A stretch of DNA of 61,446 nt, the filler included, from Choristocarpus tenellus KU-1152 (lineage: Eukaryota; Protista; Phaeophyceae): the NCBI GenBank assembly GCA_964200185.2. It is 10 parts of 10 records of this genome, joined end to end, with 100 filler letters (N's around TTAATTAATTAA, not from the genome) between each part and the next. Parts side by side here need not be neighbours in the genome. Positions count along the whole stretch, not along the records: positions 19,859 to 25,534 come from CAXNAD020010047.1; positions 25,635 to 29,074 come from CAXNAD020020011.1; positions 29,175 to 33,623 come from CAXNAD020014495.1; positions 33,724 to 52,625 come from CAXNAD020000509.1; 6 more parts are not named here. One strand, given 5' to 3'. The position numbers and the translations under genes were made by a program. Below the pieces are notes generated by a model, which was given only the letters and a program-made list of their open reading frames with translations, searched no databases and was not told the origin of the DNA. Positions 23,712 through 37,600 of this stretch are shown here, in pieces (the stretch's first letter is position 1; every line of letters begins with the position of its first letter).

Positions 23712-25284
23712 TGCCATGTTTGTTGCCATTATTGTACTATGTTTCCTGACACAATGTCAGTAGGTAAAAGACACTCGCGAGAGCAGAGTCAAGACTTGTT
23801 AATAGCGCAAGGGATACTTTTTGGGGTGCTTCTTGGGGTGGGATGCAACCCCGTTTGCGTCTTTTTGCATGTTTCTTCAAATCCGTCGTTGATTTTGATT
23901 ACAGTAAACTTCGCGACTTGTGCCTCAACTACAGTACTTCCGTTTACATTAGAGGGGGTTAGTCAGGTGGCGCTAGGGTTAGGGTCGGGAGATCAAAAAA
24001 AAAAATCGTGTCTAGAATACAAGGGGTCATTCGCTCAAGACCTAAAAAAAGGCAGCTCGCAAGAAAACATCAACAGGGCTTTGACAGAAAAATTAAAATG
24101 AAGGTTAAATCGTGAAGTACATACCTCTTAGTGTTGTCACAATGTGAACGACATCTATCAAAATATCCAAAATCTCCAAGTATTGAAGGCGCCACCAACT
24201 TTGTTGTGTCCCGTGGGCGGTAGCTATGATGCTATGCTGTGATTGGCCGATGATTTACCTTACCCACAAAGTCCCCCAAACTACCCCTGCTTTGCCACTC
24301 GTGAAGTAGTATCTACGCTCTGCCTCCAACAGCACTGTAACGCCACAGGTTTGTGCTATAAAAAAAATAAATCAAGACACACATGTTTCAACCATGGGCC
24401 CATGAACTTCACTATGGAAAAAACGAGGCATGCCTCATACAACTATGAAAATTGAGAAGCATGCCTCCCTGCACTTTAAAAGACCTCTTCATGAGACACA
24501 TTCTGACTCTCGAAATAGTCCCTGTGTACACCACATGACAGAAGGGCCTTGAAGTAACTACAGCTGTTTTATATGACCCTTCTCAATCTCTGGGGGGGGT
24601 GAGCGCAGTGAGGTAGGTTTAACACAGATGGAAAGATGAACCCACAATGCGTATGGGGCAGGTAAAGCCCATGTTATAATGACACGACAGTCACTCAATC
24701 CTAAAACTGCCTGTAGTGTGCATGCATCACCAATTGAGCATAGCTATTTATCTCTTCAAATATATGTGTTGGTATGGACTAACTCCACCTACCCCTCCCC
24801 TCAAATCCCATTTGTAAACCTTCAGATTATAGGACCTCTATAACCAAAATCAGGAGGCATTTGGTGACCCTGAGTAGACTCCAATCGGATTCTAACATGG
24901 CAGTATTTGCATCACTAATGAGGTTAACTACAGACTGTTGGAGAAGAGGGGGACAAGCAACGCCTGAGTCAACAAAAAACACTGTATTTTGTCAACATAT
25001 ATCGTACATAGACGATAAGATGTGATAAGATGCGATAAGATGTGGAGGTGGAACCAAGGGGCCTATCAAACTCTACTGCTCACCTAACCCAATGTACACA
25101 TGTACTATGGCTACACACTACGAAGCCACGAAGGGGTGAGGGGAGATGGTCCTGCCTAATGCAAGGTACAGCAGCTTTTGGAATATTTTTCCCAACTAAA
25201 CTTTCATACATGGAGTCAGTTTCCTCTGACCCTAAATCTCTGAGGGAGATGGATGGGGGCGGGGGAGGGAGAGTGGAGGGTAGT

Positions 25285-25410
25285 CTAGAAGTTCTTATCT
25301 CCATTCTTCTCCTTGATGATCTCTCTGTTCTTCAGTTGGATCAGGCGGCGAAACTCAGGCAGTGAGAGGTCATAAATGTCCTTCCTGTTCAGCACAGGGA
25401 GACTTGGGAG
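25285..25410 (-). CDS. Probable terminal exon of an unidentified gene
   Basis: A strong pyrimidine tract and TAG acceptor precede LPSLPVLNRKDIYDLSLPEFRRLIQLKNREIIKEKNGDKNF*. Codon usage looks coding. Family not recognised. Confidence 0.5.
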   Translation of the reverse strand, partial: LPSLPVLNRKDIYDLSLPEFRRLIQLKNREIIKEKNGDKNF

Positions 25411-25534
25411 CTAATGAATAGGGTGGGAAACACAGGAAATGGGGAAGGGAGAGTGGAAGCATCGTGGAGGGGGGGGGGGGGGGGGGTCAGTTAAGGAGAT
25501 ATTTCGTCAGGAGATGCGAGCTCTCGGATCATAG

Positions 25535-25634
25535 NNNNNNNNNNNNNNNNNNNNNNNNNNNNNNNNNNNNNNNNNNNNTTAATTAATTAANNNNNNNNNN
25601 NNNNNNNNNNNNNNNNNNNNNNNNNNNNNNNNNN
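25535..25634. other. Artificial contig linker
   Basis: Same 100-nt linker. Confidence 0.98.
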
Positions 25635-26470
25635 CCCGCCCCCCCGCCTAAACCACCATAACTGGTCGAGTCGCACGCCTTCTCAGCATCACAACAAAAT
25701 GAGTACATCTCGAAGGAGGAGTTTCACATCATTCCAAAGCACTCTGAAGCACGTGAGAATTTCGCTTCAATTTATACTTTTGTCGAGAATACGCCAAGTT
25801 CAACGTGGAGCACGACATTTCAAGGCATACACAGTTCTACTACATACTTCATACTGTCAATCAATACTAGGCAGGTGTATCATAATCACTTCAAAAAAAA
25901 ACACGGAAGGCAAATTAGTTCAGGCATCCCAGTAACTACTCTCAAGTATACTTCACTGCAAATATGTCTCACAGGCAGCTTAGATATGGCGATGGCAAGG
26001 ATTGAATGCATGAGAATTCTGTAACAACCACGGTATCCAAATTATCCAGAGCACTATCAATAGCTCATGTAGATTTATGAGGGGCGCTGGAGAGGGCCAA
26101 CAACTGCATCAATACACTAGTCAATTCAATGGTCAAGAGAAGAAAGTCATACCCAATATCACCCAGGACATACTTTAAAAAAAACGAGCAAACTACTCTG
26201 TTCCCAGTTACACTCCATCCTCCATCACCCCAACGGTTGGACACTTATCGGGACCCCCACTTGTTGCAATAAGTTATTCGCACCCATCTGCAGAAGGGAT
26301 CACAATGATCGCATCAGTATTGCCCTTCACACACATCCATATTTCATCAAGCCCAATACCTCTCTAATCGCCACAGCAGTCCGCCCCCATGTCAGGTACT
26401 AAAAATCACACCCAAACACCTCTCAACATGTAACTCTGAATATTACACACTAAGGAGTGGAAGACCGTAC

Positions 26471-29025
26471 CTCTTAATGTCCTTCAGCACCTCTTTGTGC
26501 ATGAGCCCTGAGACATGAACGTGCTTGATAGACTCCAAGACATCCTCCACAACAGCCCTGACTCGCAGAGAGGGACAAAGAGACGGAGGAAATGCGGGAG
26601 TAGAATTATCAACCAATGTGCTTTGTCAACTACGGTGTGCGCACAAAACATTAGGTACCCCTTGCAGCAGACCGAGGAGGTTTCCAATACTAGAATCAGT
26701 TTCTGTAGAAGGGGAGTGCTCTTGGGCTGTATCATAGCTGTCGCCATGGTGATAAACGCCCTCCACTTCTCATCTCTGCATAATCTCTCATGCCCCTTCC
26801 CTCCCCTTCCCCTCTGGCCACCTTGGTTGGTATTTGCCAGTGCCAACCAAATCCTCGAGGTGTTGCACAACATCAGCCAGGAGACATGCCTCTGCAAGAC
26901 AAAACCGGTCGTTCAGTGGCTTAAGAACTGTTGACTTATATGCTGGATCCACAGTGAACGGATGCGAACCATACTCCGCCTGAACCAATCAGATTTGTAA
27001 ACAAGCAAGATCCAGAGTAACAATGACAGGAGGGGATGGGGGGGGGGGGGGGGGGGGGGGGGGGAAGGGGGGGGGGGAGGGAATGCGATGGGAGAAAGGG
27101 GGCAAACAGTTTTTTCTTGTTATGACTAAAATATTTTTGGGTTGACTCTTGAGCTCGGCTTTGAGCTCGGCTTCTCAGAACAAGTGGCAACCGATTGAAG
27201 CTGTGCTCTGAGCAAGCTATGCGCTACGAGGGAAGGTGCTGTGGCATGGAATGCACACTGCATCAGAAAAAACAATTCACAATGAAATGAGGCGTAGAAA
27301 TGTAGAAATCCAAATACGACAGAGGAGCAGTGACCCACAAAGAGAGCACTGTTGTCACAGGAAGGCAAGGTGCCTGTGGGAGAGGCGAATAGTAACAGAC
27401 TACTGCTGAATGTCGGCTTTGCACCACTTCTGAATGCAATATGAACCCCAGCTTATGGTGGATGGTAGTTCCTGTCCTCCGCCCCCAAGCCCCCCCCAAC
27501 CTCCTCCAAAACCACTCATGGTCTGCCTCTTTTTCACCTATGCCACCCCTTTATCTCCAAAGATGTACATTTCTCAGTTGATGGGCAGGGTAGAGTATCA
27601 ATCCACACAAGAGCATTCATTCTCACCACTCCTCGTACCTCCCTGCCCTACCACTTCTAACCCCTAGAAACACGCACCTTGATCTCAGCACGAGTCAATG
27701 CATTCCTCCCCCTGAATACAGGCATGGAGATACGATTGATGTAAGAGAGTTTACACAAGAGTCCTTTTTCAATGTCCACTGTCAGGCCCTAACACATCAG
27801 AGGCGTTGACGGTAACAAACGAACATTACCATGGGAAGAAAAGAGACCCCAGGGAGGTGGGATTGGAAGAACAGGCATGTTGGGTAAGGCCAGCAAGAGT
27901 GGATATATATATATATATAAATATATAGCTTACAGCAATACATGCATAAGATGAGATCATTATAAAAACTGTGCTTGCAAAGTAGCCGATATATGCTCAG
28001 GCAAAAATCCTGGACCCATGCGAAAAAATCCACTGCAAATGCAGCGTAGTGTCTCTATGGTACTGCATATACTCTCAGGAGTGAGACCCAGATACTGGAA
28101 CTCTAGAGGTGTGCTATGAGATGAAATGATGGCTCAAGAAATCCTAATTTTGAGTACGATCTCGAATATTCTACCTTCGTACTTTCTTTGTATAGTGTAC
28201 AACCCATTCCGTGGGTTACATGCTAAACGCTAATATTTGCCATTCAAAAAATGGTGTTAGGTGTCAGAACATTTGACGGCAAGCAGACATCTCGTTTACG
28301 AAGATCAAGAGTGGACAAGGTAAACCAAGTGTTGAGATCAGATGTGTCACCTCCCTTGAGGGAAGGCTTCGGACAATACTCTCTTCAGCCAAAAGAGGGG
28401 TCACTTACACAGTACAGTTGGGGTTTTTCCCCACACTCCAAACCTCCCAAGTAGTTAGTTCCTTCGGAGAGAAAATCCCCAGAGTACCACACAATTGAGA
28501 GCAAACAGCACACACAAGCATTCACACAAGGCCATTGCATCGCATCCCACAAAACAACACACCATAATGGCAAAATCCTTATCATAGCGTAGGTCATTGA
28601 GGCTTTGAGGGTATCTTAGGTCCTCCACAAGGTGCTTCTTCGCCAAATCATAGATGAGATCTTTTGTGCCATACGCCACCGATGGAGATCGAAGGGAGGG
28701 AAGAGAGGAGAAATACGGGGCATAGCGAGTCAGTGCAGTGCACGGTGGAGTTGGTGTTGCTCTCTCGTTGACCAGCAGTACAGGGGTTCTGCTCTAAAAA
28801 AAGCGATATCTGCACCATAACGAAAATCTTCGCAGATTTGTCGCATACGCTACCAACAGGTCACTCCTACTACAGTCGCACACGTCAAGAAATGCTAATT
28901 ATGAAAATCAGGGTCCAAGGGAGGCATGTGAAAAAAGAGATGAGGCATGTTCGGTGCATCCTCGTTACAGCATTGACTTACTAGCCCCAGAAACTTCATT
29001 CGCTCACCTTGCAGATCATGTGTAT
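26471..29025 (-). CDS. HAD-superfamily subfamily IG 5'-nucleotidase (NT5DC-like), internal fragment
   Basis: Exons 29025-29008 (18 nt), 28660-28563, 27788-27678, 26979-26822, 26557-26471 join in phase. The translation reads (Y)THDLQDLIYDLAKKHLVEDLRYP..YDKDFAIMGLTVDIEKGLLCKL..FCLAEACLLADVVQHLED..AVVEDVLESIKHVHVSGLMHKEVLKD, which matches the NT5DC/IG family pattern. Confidence 0.85.
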
Positions 29026-29074
29026 CTAGTCGGGGGGGTAGCGTGTGTCGCAGTTCACGGTTGGCAACAGGGTA

Positions 29075-29174
29075 NNNNNNNNNNNNNNNNNNNNNNNNNN
29101 NNNNNNNNNNNNNNNNNNTTAATTAATTAANNNNNNNNNNNNNNNNNNNNNNNNNNNNNNNNNNNNNNNNNNNN
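29075..29174. other. Artificial contig linker
   Basis: Same 100-nt linker. Confidence 0.98.
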
Positions 29175-30019
29175 GGAGGGGGGGACAAATATACATATAT
29201 ATATATATATTGTTCAATTCTATTTTGTCACATCAGGAATTTTGATGGGGGTAAGCATATCGGGAGGGAAGTGTTGCTGCTTAGAGAGGAGTGATAGTAC
29301 AATAATAATAATAGTAATATGTGATTGGCAATTGCTTTTAGTATATGTGATGATTGGACTTGTTCTATTTCTTAACATCATGAGATTTAAAAAAAAAAAG
29401 AAAAAAAAGAAGATAATGTACAAAAATAAATATAAATGCATATACATACAAGTGAGAAGTGAATTTTCTCAAAGGCATTCAATTGGATCAAAGGATTGTC
29501 TGAAGTGACTAAATAGTTCAGCACATGTGCCTTCAAGAGGGATTCGTGAGACTAGTGTAGAAAAGGCGTTTGAATCGATACGGAATTGAATTCAAATCTC
29601 TTCAATCTCTCGATTGCTCTTGATCGTAATTGAATTCAAATCTTTTTCAAACGAATCATTGCGATTCACACCTCTAATTTATGTTCTTATCACGTAACAA
29701 TAAAAGCAATAATGACAAGAGCTCAGACCCCCCCCCCCCCTCCTCCCTCCTCCCTCCTCCTTCCTCCCATACAAAATCAATGTGATCGGTCATATTATTT
29801 TTTCTAATACATTTCTTCTTCTTTTTGTAAAGGTGATTGTACATGAGAAGGGCTTTGTTCAAGAGGAGGAGGGGGGGGAGGGGGAGGGAGAACAGCATGT
29901 AGTGGGCCGGCAGCGCTCTACAGCCAATATTGTTAGGCATTTTGCAAATGAGGTTGAGGCTAGGTGGCTCTGTGTAAATGGCGGGCGGTCCAGGTAGCAA
30001 AAAAAAAAAAACGACTCCC

Positions 30020-30042
30020 TTAGGGTTAGGGTTAGGGTTAGG
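30020..30042 (+). repeat. Interstitial telomere-like (TTAGGG)n island
   Basis: About 4 units. Similar 2-4 unit islands occur at 15235, 21399, 23973, 36518, 39482, 47867, 49710, 53807 and 55363. Confidence 0.8.
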
Positions 30043-30699
30043 ATAATTTTCAGTGGGGACACTACCGCAGGTCTGAGAACATCCCAACTATTATGCTGAC
30101 AGTGTGTTTGTGTGATTTGTTGATCAAGGATCATTCGTTCGTTCATTCGTCCAGAACGAGTTTTTTTCTTTTTTGAAAGAGAATGTTGAACTGTTCTGTT
30201 TGTTTTTTAATCAACTCGTAACGCTCGAATTATCAACTCTATTTTATTTATTTATTTTTGTTCTATTTTTGTTTTTGTTTTTTTTAACATACCACATGAT
30301 TGCAATGCCTGTTTTGGGTGTGGGTGTGGGTGCTTTAAAAAGATCGGAGCCCGACACCCTTTTTCATAATGAGTTTTAAATCTTTCCATGGCAAGGTGAA
30401 ACAGTACCATAAATGCCTACGTATGTATGGGGTACGACTGTCTTATCTGCTTGTCCTGTTCTCAGTAGTAGGGAGTAATGACTCTGAGGTGAATGGTGAG
30501 AACACAGCTTGTGGCGGGATTTCTAAGAGTAGAGGAACCGGTACCATATGAGAAGTTAGTTTATAGATTAGGTCAATGGAATCATCCCTTCTGTATCACA
30601 TTCAGCTCAATAGGATGGATTAGTTGGTCATGAAAATGGAAATCTCCCCACCTTCCCCCCCCCTCCCATCCCCCTTCTCTTTTTTGTTGTTGTTAACAG

Positions 30700-31745
30700 G
30701 AATATTTTTTGCCCAGGATCAAGGCAACCAGTGTCTCACAGTGGGGAAGAGGACTACGAGGACCTGCTCCAAGAAGAGGTAGGCAAGGGTTCTGCTTTTC
30801 ACATGGACATGCACATCATACATAACATTAACATAACGTAACATATAAGATGCTTTTGTGAGTGCACTACTATTTGATAGTGAAAATATGACCATGAGTC
30901 GAAAAAAAAATTAATGTAAGGAGGGGGGGGGGGGGGGAATGCTGCGGAACAAAACATGAGTAACACCTCTAAGAGTCATCTCACTTTTTTGCAATACCGA
31001 TATCCTCTTCTGTTATCAGTGATAGACCTGCTATATCTTGCTTGTTGTGAAGCACAAACTTCGCTTCCCTTCTGTCAAGCCCCGGGCCTGGACCTATTTG
31101 AATTACCAAGAGGGCCGTCCTATCTTTGGCGGGGGTGGCTGACTTTGAGTTCCTACACAACTGTGACTGCCTTTCCGGTGTGTGTGGTTCTATCACCCTG
31201 GAAGGCGATTTGTCACTCGTGTAGGCAAACGTTTCTCCTCTCTCCTGCAGGCATAGTCTCCTCTCGTACAGGAAGGTCACCTGCATTTCACGCATAGGGA
31301 TGGAGTGTGAGGAATATGGATTTAGAAGCCCTACATATTCAAAGTGGTCTAAATGTACCCCACCCCCCACCACCACCCCTGTTAGGTAGGATGGCTCAGA
31401 GTCTGGAGAGACCCTCGTCCCTAATCCTAACCTTTATCACAAGTCCACTGCAGTGACTAATTGGCGTTTTTTTCCCCTGATGTTGTCTCCCGATCCCTTG
31501 TGTGTTTCCTGTGTCTGTGAAATTGTGTATAGGTTGGGGAAGCAATCGGGACTACCGGGCTGAGGGTGACAGAGGCGAGGGACCTCATGACTTTCCAGAT
31601 ACCCCGAGGGGGTTTCCTAGTAGAGGAAGAGAGGCGTACAGCATCGTTTGACTATCGCAGTCCAGTGCACTATAGGCAGAGAGGAACAAGATATTCCAAT
31701 GAAGAGGGAAGGGGGAGTGTGTGAAGATGGACCTCCTGATGACTG
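30700..31745 (+). CDS. Possible 3' exons of an unknown gene
   Basis: Candidate exons ~30700-30778 (..SHSGEEDYEDLLQEE) and ~31533-31745 (VGEAIGTTG..EDGPPDD*) have plausible acceptors. No family recognised. Confidence 0.25.
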
Positions 31746-33049
31746 ATGCAACATCCGAACAATCCATAACCTCAGGCGCATGGGTTGGGATTTCCTATAG
31801 TATGGAGGCCGCGAGGCGCATGAGTTACGTTTTCAGCTGCGTCGTGCCTTGTTGTTGTGGCTATAGAGCAAGTGTTGATGGTTGGGGGCCAAGGCTCAGG
31901 AGGAAGTGTGGATAGCGATCGCCAGCAACAATAATTTGTTTTTTTTAAGGAACGATAAAGAGTTTTGACCTAAACGTACTATACTTTTTCTTAAAAATCG
32001 GTTTATATAATCGGATTTTCCGTTTTCTGCCAGTCATGTCTTATTGGAGGGGGTGGTTGAGGTGAAATAACCAGAAAAGGAGGATTCTTAGAGAGAGTGT
32101 GAATTACTTACGTTGGTCGATTGTCTTTTGCGCTAATCATTTTTTTATATTTTTATTGTTGACAGTTTCAGAATGTGTTTGATGCATAGGATTGCTCAAG
32201 TAATACTTTATCGGCAGTGCTCCCTAACACTAAGAAACCGTTCTGTCAATTACTGGAGACCAGCCTGGTGTTCTCCCTTTTCCGCACATGGGACTTTGAG
32301 GGTTAGAGTTTAAAAGTAACTATGTAAAATAGCGCTTAGTACATAGTGAACTGCAGTCCAATGTGCGTTGAACTATGTACTGGCATGCATTTATTTCTAT
32401 CCGTCTGGTGGCAGTACTCAAGGCTAGAAAGAGGTGCAGTAGAATCGACCTTGTTGATACCTGTCTTTACATATGGTGGTTAACAAACAGAAACCGCTCC
32501 TTTAAAACAAAAAAAGTCTTTGATGTTAATGTATTTAACTCTGAGAAGATACGTAGTGCTAGTTTTAGTATCATTACGTTATTCATAAGTCATCCTTGGC
32601 GCTGTAAAGGCTCGCTGCCGAAAGCTATTAGTTGAGATACATGGTAAAACATACACTGAATATAAATTAACCCAATAATTTGTACGTTTGTGGGATTGGT
32701 GTGGGACAAATCTTCCAACAACATGACGGGATATTGACAGATCAACATAATGTGATTGGTACAACTTGTGCTCTCTCACAACCACAAATGATTGTGGATG
32801 GATTCGTATTCGTTTCAAGGAACCATTTTATATGTTTCTAAGATGAAGGAGTGGCACTTCAAAAAAATACTTGTACAAGTCTGTCTCAATATTTGTGTGA
32901 CAGGTATGTTTCGTATGTCAAACATTGACTCATCTTTTATGTCATTGATCCGATACAATATTACTGGTTCATACTGACTGTTGATTCGCACATCGGTACT
33001 ACTGGTCGTTACTCCCATTTACGTCATTGGTACGTCACCATAAGATACA

Positions 33050-33510
33050 TAGTATTTCTTTATTTTTTTATTGTGCCCTCTTGACATGTTGCGGATGTTT
33101 CAGGCGAAGAACTGATGAAAACTATTCTCATGTCAGAAAAATCCCTAAAAAAAGTAACAGTTGTCGTAAAATTTGAAAGACATTAATCTATTTACTATTT
33201 TACCATCAGCTATGTATGCTATACCACTGCCTTCCTGTCCCTCCAACCTAGGTTAGCCCTGCACCACAGGGTAAGGAGCTAGGGAATCATCCCAAGAATA
33301 TAACAAGTCCCTCCTTGCCCATCTCCCCGGTGTCTCCAGTGTAAAACGAATGACGCATCTAGATAGGAATCCTTGCGTTGTGACAGAATTAAACTGTCAT
33401 AGACGGGATTTGACCGTCCCTTTTCTGATGTAGCCTCCAGTCCCTCTCCCTCCAACCGTGTGCATAGCTAGTTCAACCAGAGAACTTTCCACTCGCTTAC
33501 CGAGGCCACC
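33050..33510 (-). repeat. Further copy of the ~1-kb dispersed repeat
   Basis: Its reverse complement matches blocks at 535-620, 700-780, 1075-1110 and 1135-1185 (for example TTCTTGGGATG.TTCCCTAGCTCCT). Confidence 0.75.
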
Positions 33511-33623
33511 TCTGATGACCAACCAGGGTGAACCCCCCTTCGCCACTGATTTCCGGTCACTACCACCCCTTTCAACCCCACCCCACTTACCACTCCATCA
33601 CACCATTCAACACCACTCAACAC

Positions 33624-33723
33624 NNNNNNNNNNNNNNNNNNNNNNNNNNNNNNNNNNNNNNNNNNNNTTAATTAATTAANNNNNNNNNNNNNNNNNNNNN
33701 NNNNNNNNNNNNNNNNNNNNNNN
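33624..33723. other. Artificial contig linker
   Basis: Same 100-nt linker. Confidence 0.98.
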
Positions 33724-33734
33724 GGTCGCACGGC

Positions 33735-33765
<31 letters not shown>

Positions 33766-34607
33766 AGATACTTTGACCCAATAATAATAATAAATAATAT
33801 GTGATACAATACACACAAAGGGTCTGCTGCTGTCCACCATGGCAAGAACAGGGTTTCCTAAAGTGTGGTTGGTATTAACATATTGAGGAATGGTTAATCA
33901 TTTCAAAATTGTTGTTGTTGTGGTGAAAATGAAATGAAAAACTATGTGCACTGTCAATGACATTCTAAGTGATGTGGGTATAAGTAGGATAGTGTAAACC
34001 TTGATACCCTCTTTTTGTTGATAGATACACATATAGATACATAGATGTATATGTGGAGAGATATATTGTGAGATGCATATGCCTAGTTTCTTGCCAATGG
34101 AGAGTGAGTGGTGTTTGCAATGATCTAAAAACACAACTTTGTTGAAAGTAGGAATGTCTGCATTGTGTTTGTATTATGAGACTGATTGCATGTGTTTGAT
34201 GCTAATAATTTTTTGAGTAGTTGTAGTGTTTTAGTAGCAAGTACTAGTTGGATTAATATATTTTATCGATATGAGTACTGTCAATGTTCAATGATTGGTT
34301 GGTCAAATTTAGACCTTGCAGTAACAAATGTGTAGCAGACCAATAGTATTAATGACAATAATAATAATGGAGAGAAGAGTTGCACCATCCCACACAAATG
34401 TCACCATCCATCTATTGCATGGACCGAATGAATAGATGAATAGCCATATCCAATGCATCCCTGCACCATCAGTGACTTGTCATGTCTTGGGTGTGGAGTG
34501 GATTCATGACACATGTAAAGAATGTTTCCAAGGTGATTGGATTGGTTTGATACAATCCTTGCTCATTTTTGTGTGTGTGTGTGTTTGTTTTTCCTTTGAC
34601 TCTACAG

Positions 34608-37600
34608 CATAAATTGCGCTGGCTGACAGTGGAGGTGCTTCTGTTTACACTCATGCTCTTCTTTCCAGTGCTGGTAACCTTTTTGAGCTTTGTCATCTCT
34701 GCAGAGTCGCTGATGCAGCGCTCAGAGGTGAGTGACCTATTAACTAGTTTGAGGTTCGAAAGTGGTGTAGGGATTATGTTGACATGAGTATGTTGACATG
34801 AGTATTTAACTCTTGCCATATTTACTAGTTTAGTAATTAATATATACCCTCTTTAGTCAAAGTTTGAAACTTGTGAAAAATAAACCAATGTACTTGTTCT
34901 TTGTATTAGTAGGGTGCAGTACAGTACAGTTCATTGCCTCCCAGGCTTTTTTTTTGTGGTACCTGAGTTGTGCCTGATGTGTTGATGTGTTGATGTGGTT
35001 GGGCCTGTCTTCATCGGGTGTTTTGCCCTAATGTGGGAAGTGCTCTTCTTGTAGTTATTTGAAGCATCATGGAAATAGTAGTTGTAATGATTATCTATGA
35101 TGAAAGTAACCCTTTTATTTTTATCATTTTTATCATGGACAAGGAATATCTTTCATGTATTGCTTTGTGTGTGGAGGTCTTTGCTTGATTCATTGGTTTA
35201 TTAATGGTTTATTGATAGTCCATGTGCTTTGGAATACTCACATTCAGTTAGTTCATGACAAAATACGTACAAATATGGTATTGATACTCCAAACTCACAA
35301 ACCATGAAGGGTTTTATTGTTGTACCTCAGAGGTTGTAGGTTGAATGGAGTTCTTTTGTTTTATTGGGTAGACTATTGCCATTGTTATCTATTATTTAAG
35401 ACACAGGGATGACTATCGTCCTATTGATTAGCGCTATACAATCAACACCTTGTTGTAATGTACTTATTTAGGGTATACCATATCTTGCCAAGAAACCCAC
35501 CACCAGGTAGCAGGGGTTTCAGTGTCCTCCTTGTTCACCTACCAGTCCTGTGACAGTTGTGTCTTATCATCATGGTCTTATCATCACAGTTGTGTCTTAT
35601 CACCGTGTCCGACGTACAGGTGATCAAGAACCTTTGTGCTCAGTCAACCCTCTTTGAGAGCTTGGTTGAACTTCTTCAGCCCCTGTCACTCATTATACTG
35701 ATGGCAACTCTACCACGCTTGCTACGATGGGTGGGGCATCTTGAGGTCAGAGGGGGGAAGAGAGATACACCACTGAACTAAGTTGAGAGTTGATTGCAGC
35801 TCAGCTTACCTAGACATTATTAATATGTGTATTATTCTGCTTTGTGTGTTGGTGTGAATACTAGTTGTCACTCTCTGATATGGGCAAGGTAAGGTAGGGT
35901 ATACCTGGTTTGTGTCTTAGTTAAGTTTTGTGGTGAAAATATAGCACCTGTAATTATTGGAATTGATACGTGTTGTACACATACCTTTTTTTGTCATAGG
36001 GAAGCATCCTAGTGTTGTATTACTTTTTTTTAATTGCTTGTGTCACCTCTTGATAGACTATGACTTTAGAGTAGTAGTATTATTGATGATGAGATCATGA
36101 TGCTGCCGTACATGGTTGTCATAGTGGTGTGGAAAATCCTAAAGTCCTTGATCTTGTTTGTAAAACCCTCATTATATCTTCAATTCAATCTCAAAGGGCA
36201 ACATGGCGGAGAGTTGGAACCAGATGACGGTTCTCTCTCGGTACTTCTCATTTCAAGTGCTCAATGTCTTCCTCATCACCACTGTGGCTGGCTCTGCTTT
36301 TGAGGTGTGAACTTTCAATAGAATACAGCAGGTGGAGGAAGGATGGCTTCTGTTTATCCTGTTGGTGTTTGATATCTTGCTTCATCAAATAATATGCCCT
36401 CTTTTTCAGGTGTTGAGTTGTTTGTCTCTTACATTTGTGTGTGTGTAACATAGGGTTTGGGTGAAGGTGATGAATATTAGTTTGTGAGTGGTACTGTAGC
36501 TGCACGTGGTGTCAGAAGGGTTAGGGTTAGGGTTAGGGAAAATTTAGACCACTCTCCACTCCTTTGTGGTATTATAATGTGCTGTGTGTTACATCTCTGT
36601 TATGCATGTCTATGTATGTCTTCAATGTCAAGTGCTGTTGGTTTCACCCCCATGACATCACCATACACCACATTATAAATGTGCTTCTCCCTCCCTTCGA
36701 TGCAACATACAACCAACCCCTTGACCAAAAGAGATGCAATACCCTGTGTGCATTGCTTACGCTGAAACCCATCACAAAACCACCTGCTTTGGGGGGGGAG
36801 GCAGGTGATCACAAGGTTGATGAATCACCCGTCAGATGTGTTCATGCTGCTTGGGGAGACTCTGCCCAAGGTGTGTGGTTTTTTCTGCAACTATGTGATA
36901 ATCAGAACATTTACAGGACTGTCTATCGAGCTGGTGCGTGCCTACCTCATTGGGCCTGCTCTGTTGAGGGCAATCACATGCTGGTGGAAGTGGGGCAAAA
37001 CACATGTTAAGGTGTGTGTTACATCTAGTTTGTTCGTTCATTCACTCATTCATTTCGAAGTGTAATTAATACCCTTTTTTAAAAAACTGAACGCTTGTAA
37101 CTGATTGTGGTGACTTCATTGTCTTGGTTTAATTAAGGATGAAAGTTGTAGGGTTTTGAGAAGGTAGGGGCCTACTACTTTCCCATGGACTGGTACCCCT
37201 ACCTGCTGCCTTCAACGTGCACATTAGAGTTAAAAGAAAAAAATGTGAAGTAGGTGTTGAGGGCAAGGAGGGTTCGCATCTCATTGTGCAACATTGAGTG
37301 TGTTTTTGTGGGGTGTGTGGATTTTCTAACTTGAAGTAGCCTTCAGCCATGTGTAATTACAGCTTATGTGGACTTCTTGGAGGATATATTAGTATCGATT
37401 CTGTTGGTTTGTGTCACGTATTTAGGTACATGCAGGGTACATGCAGGGTACATATAGGGTATAGTGTTACTTGCATGTGTTTTCCACCCATACTGCAGAC
37501 AACAAAGACTCTTGAACACATGAACATATGCCCGTGTTGGACTGTCATTTGTTGGATTGACTGTCATTTGTTGGAAAGGCAGTGGGGTTTTCTCGTCAAG

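Noticed and set aside
23526-24101. 191-aa ORF
   Set aside because: Non-ATG start, crosses a tandem duplication and TTAGGG units, and has no recognisable domain.
32340-33018. Chain of minus-strand ORFs in AT-rich DNA
   Set aside because: No recognisable motif and no consistent frame or splice signals.
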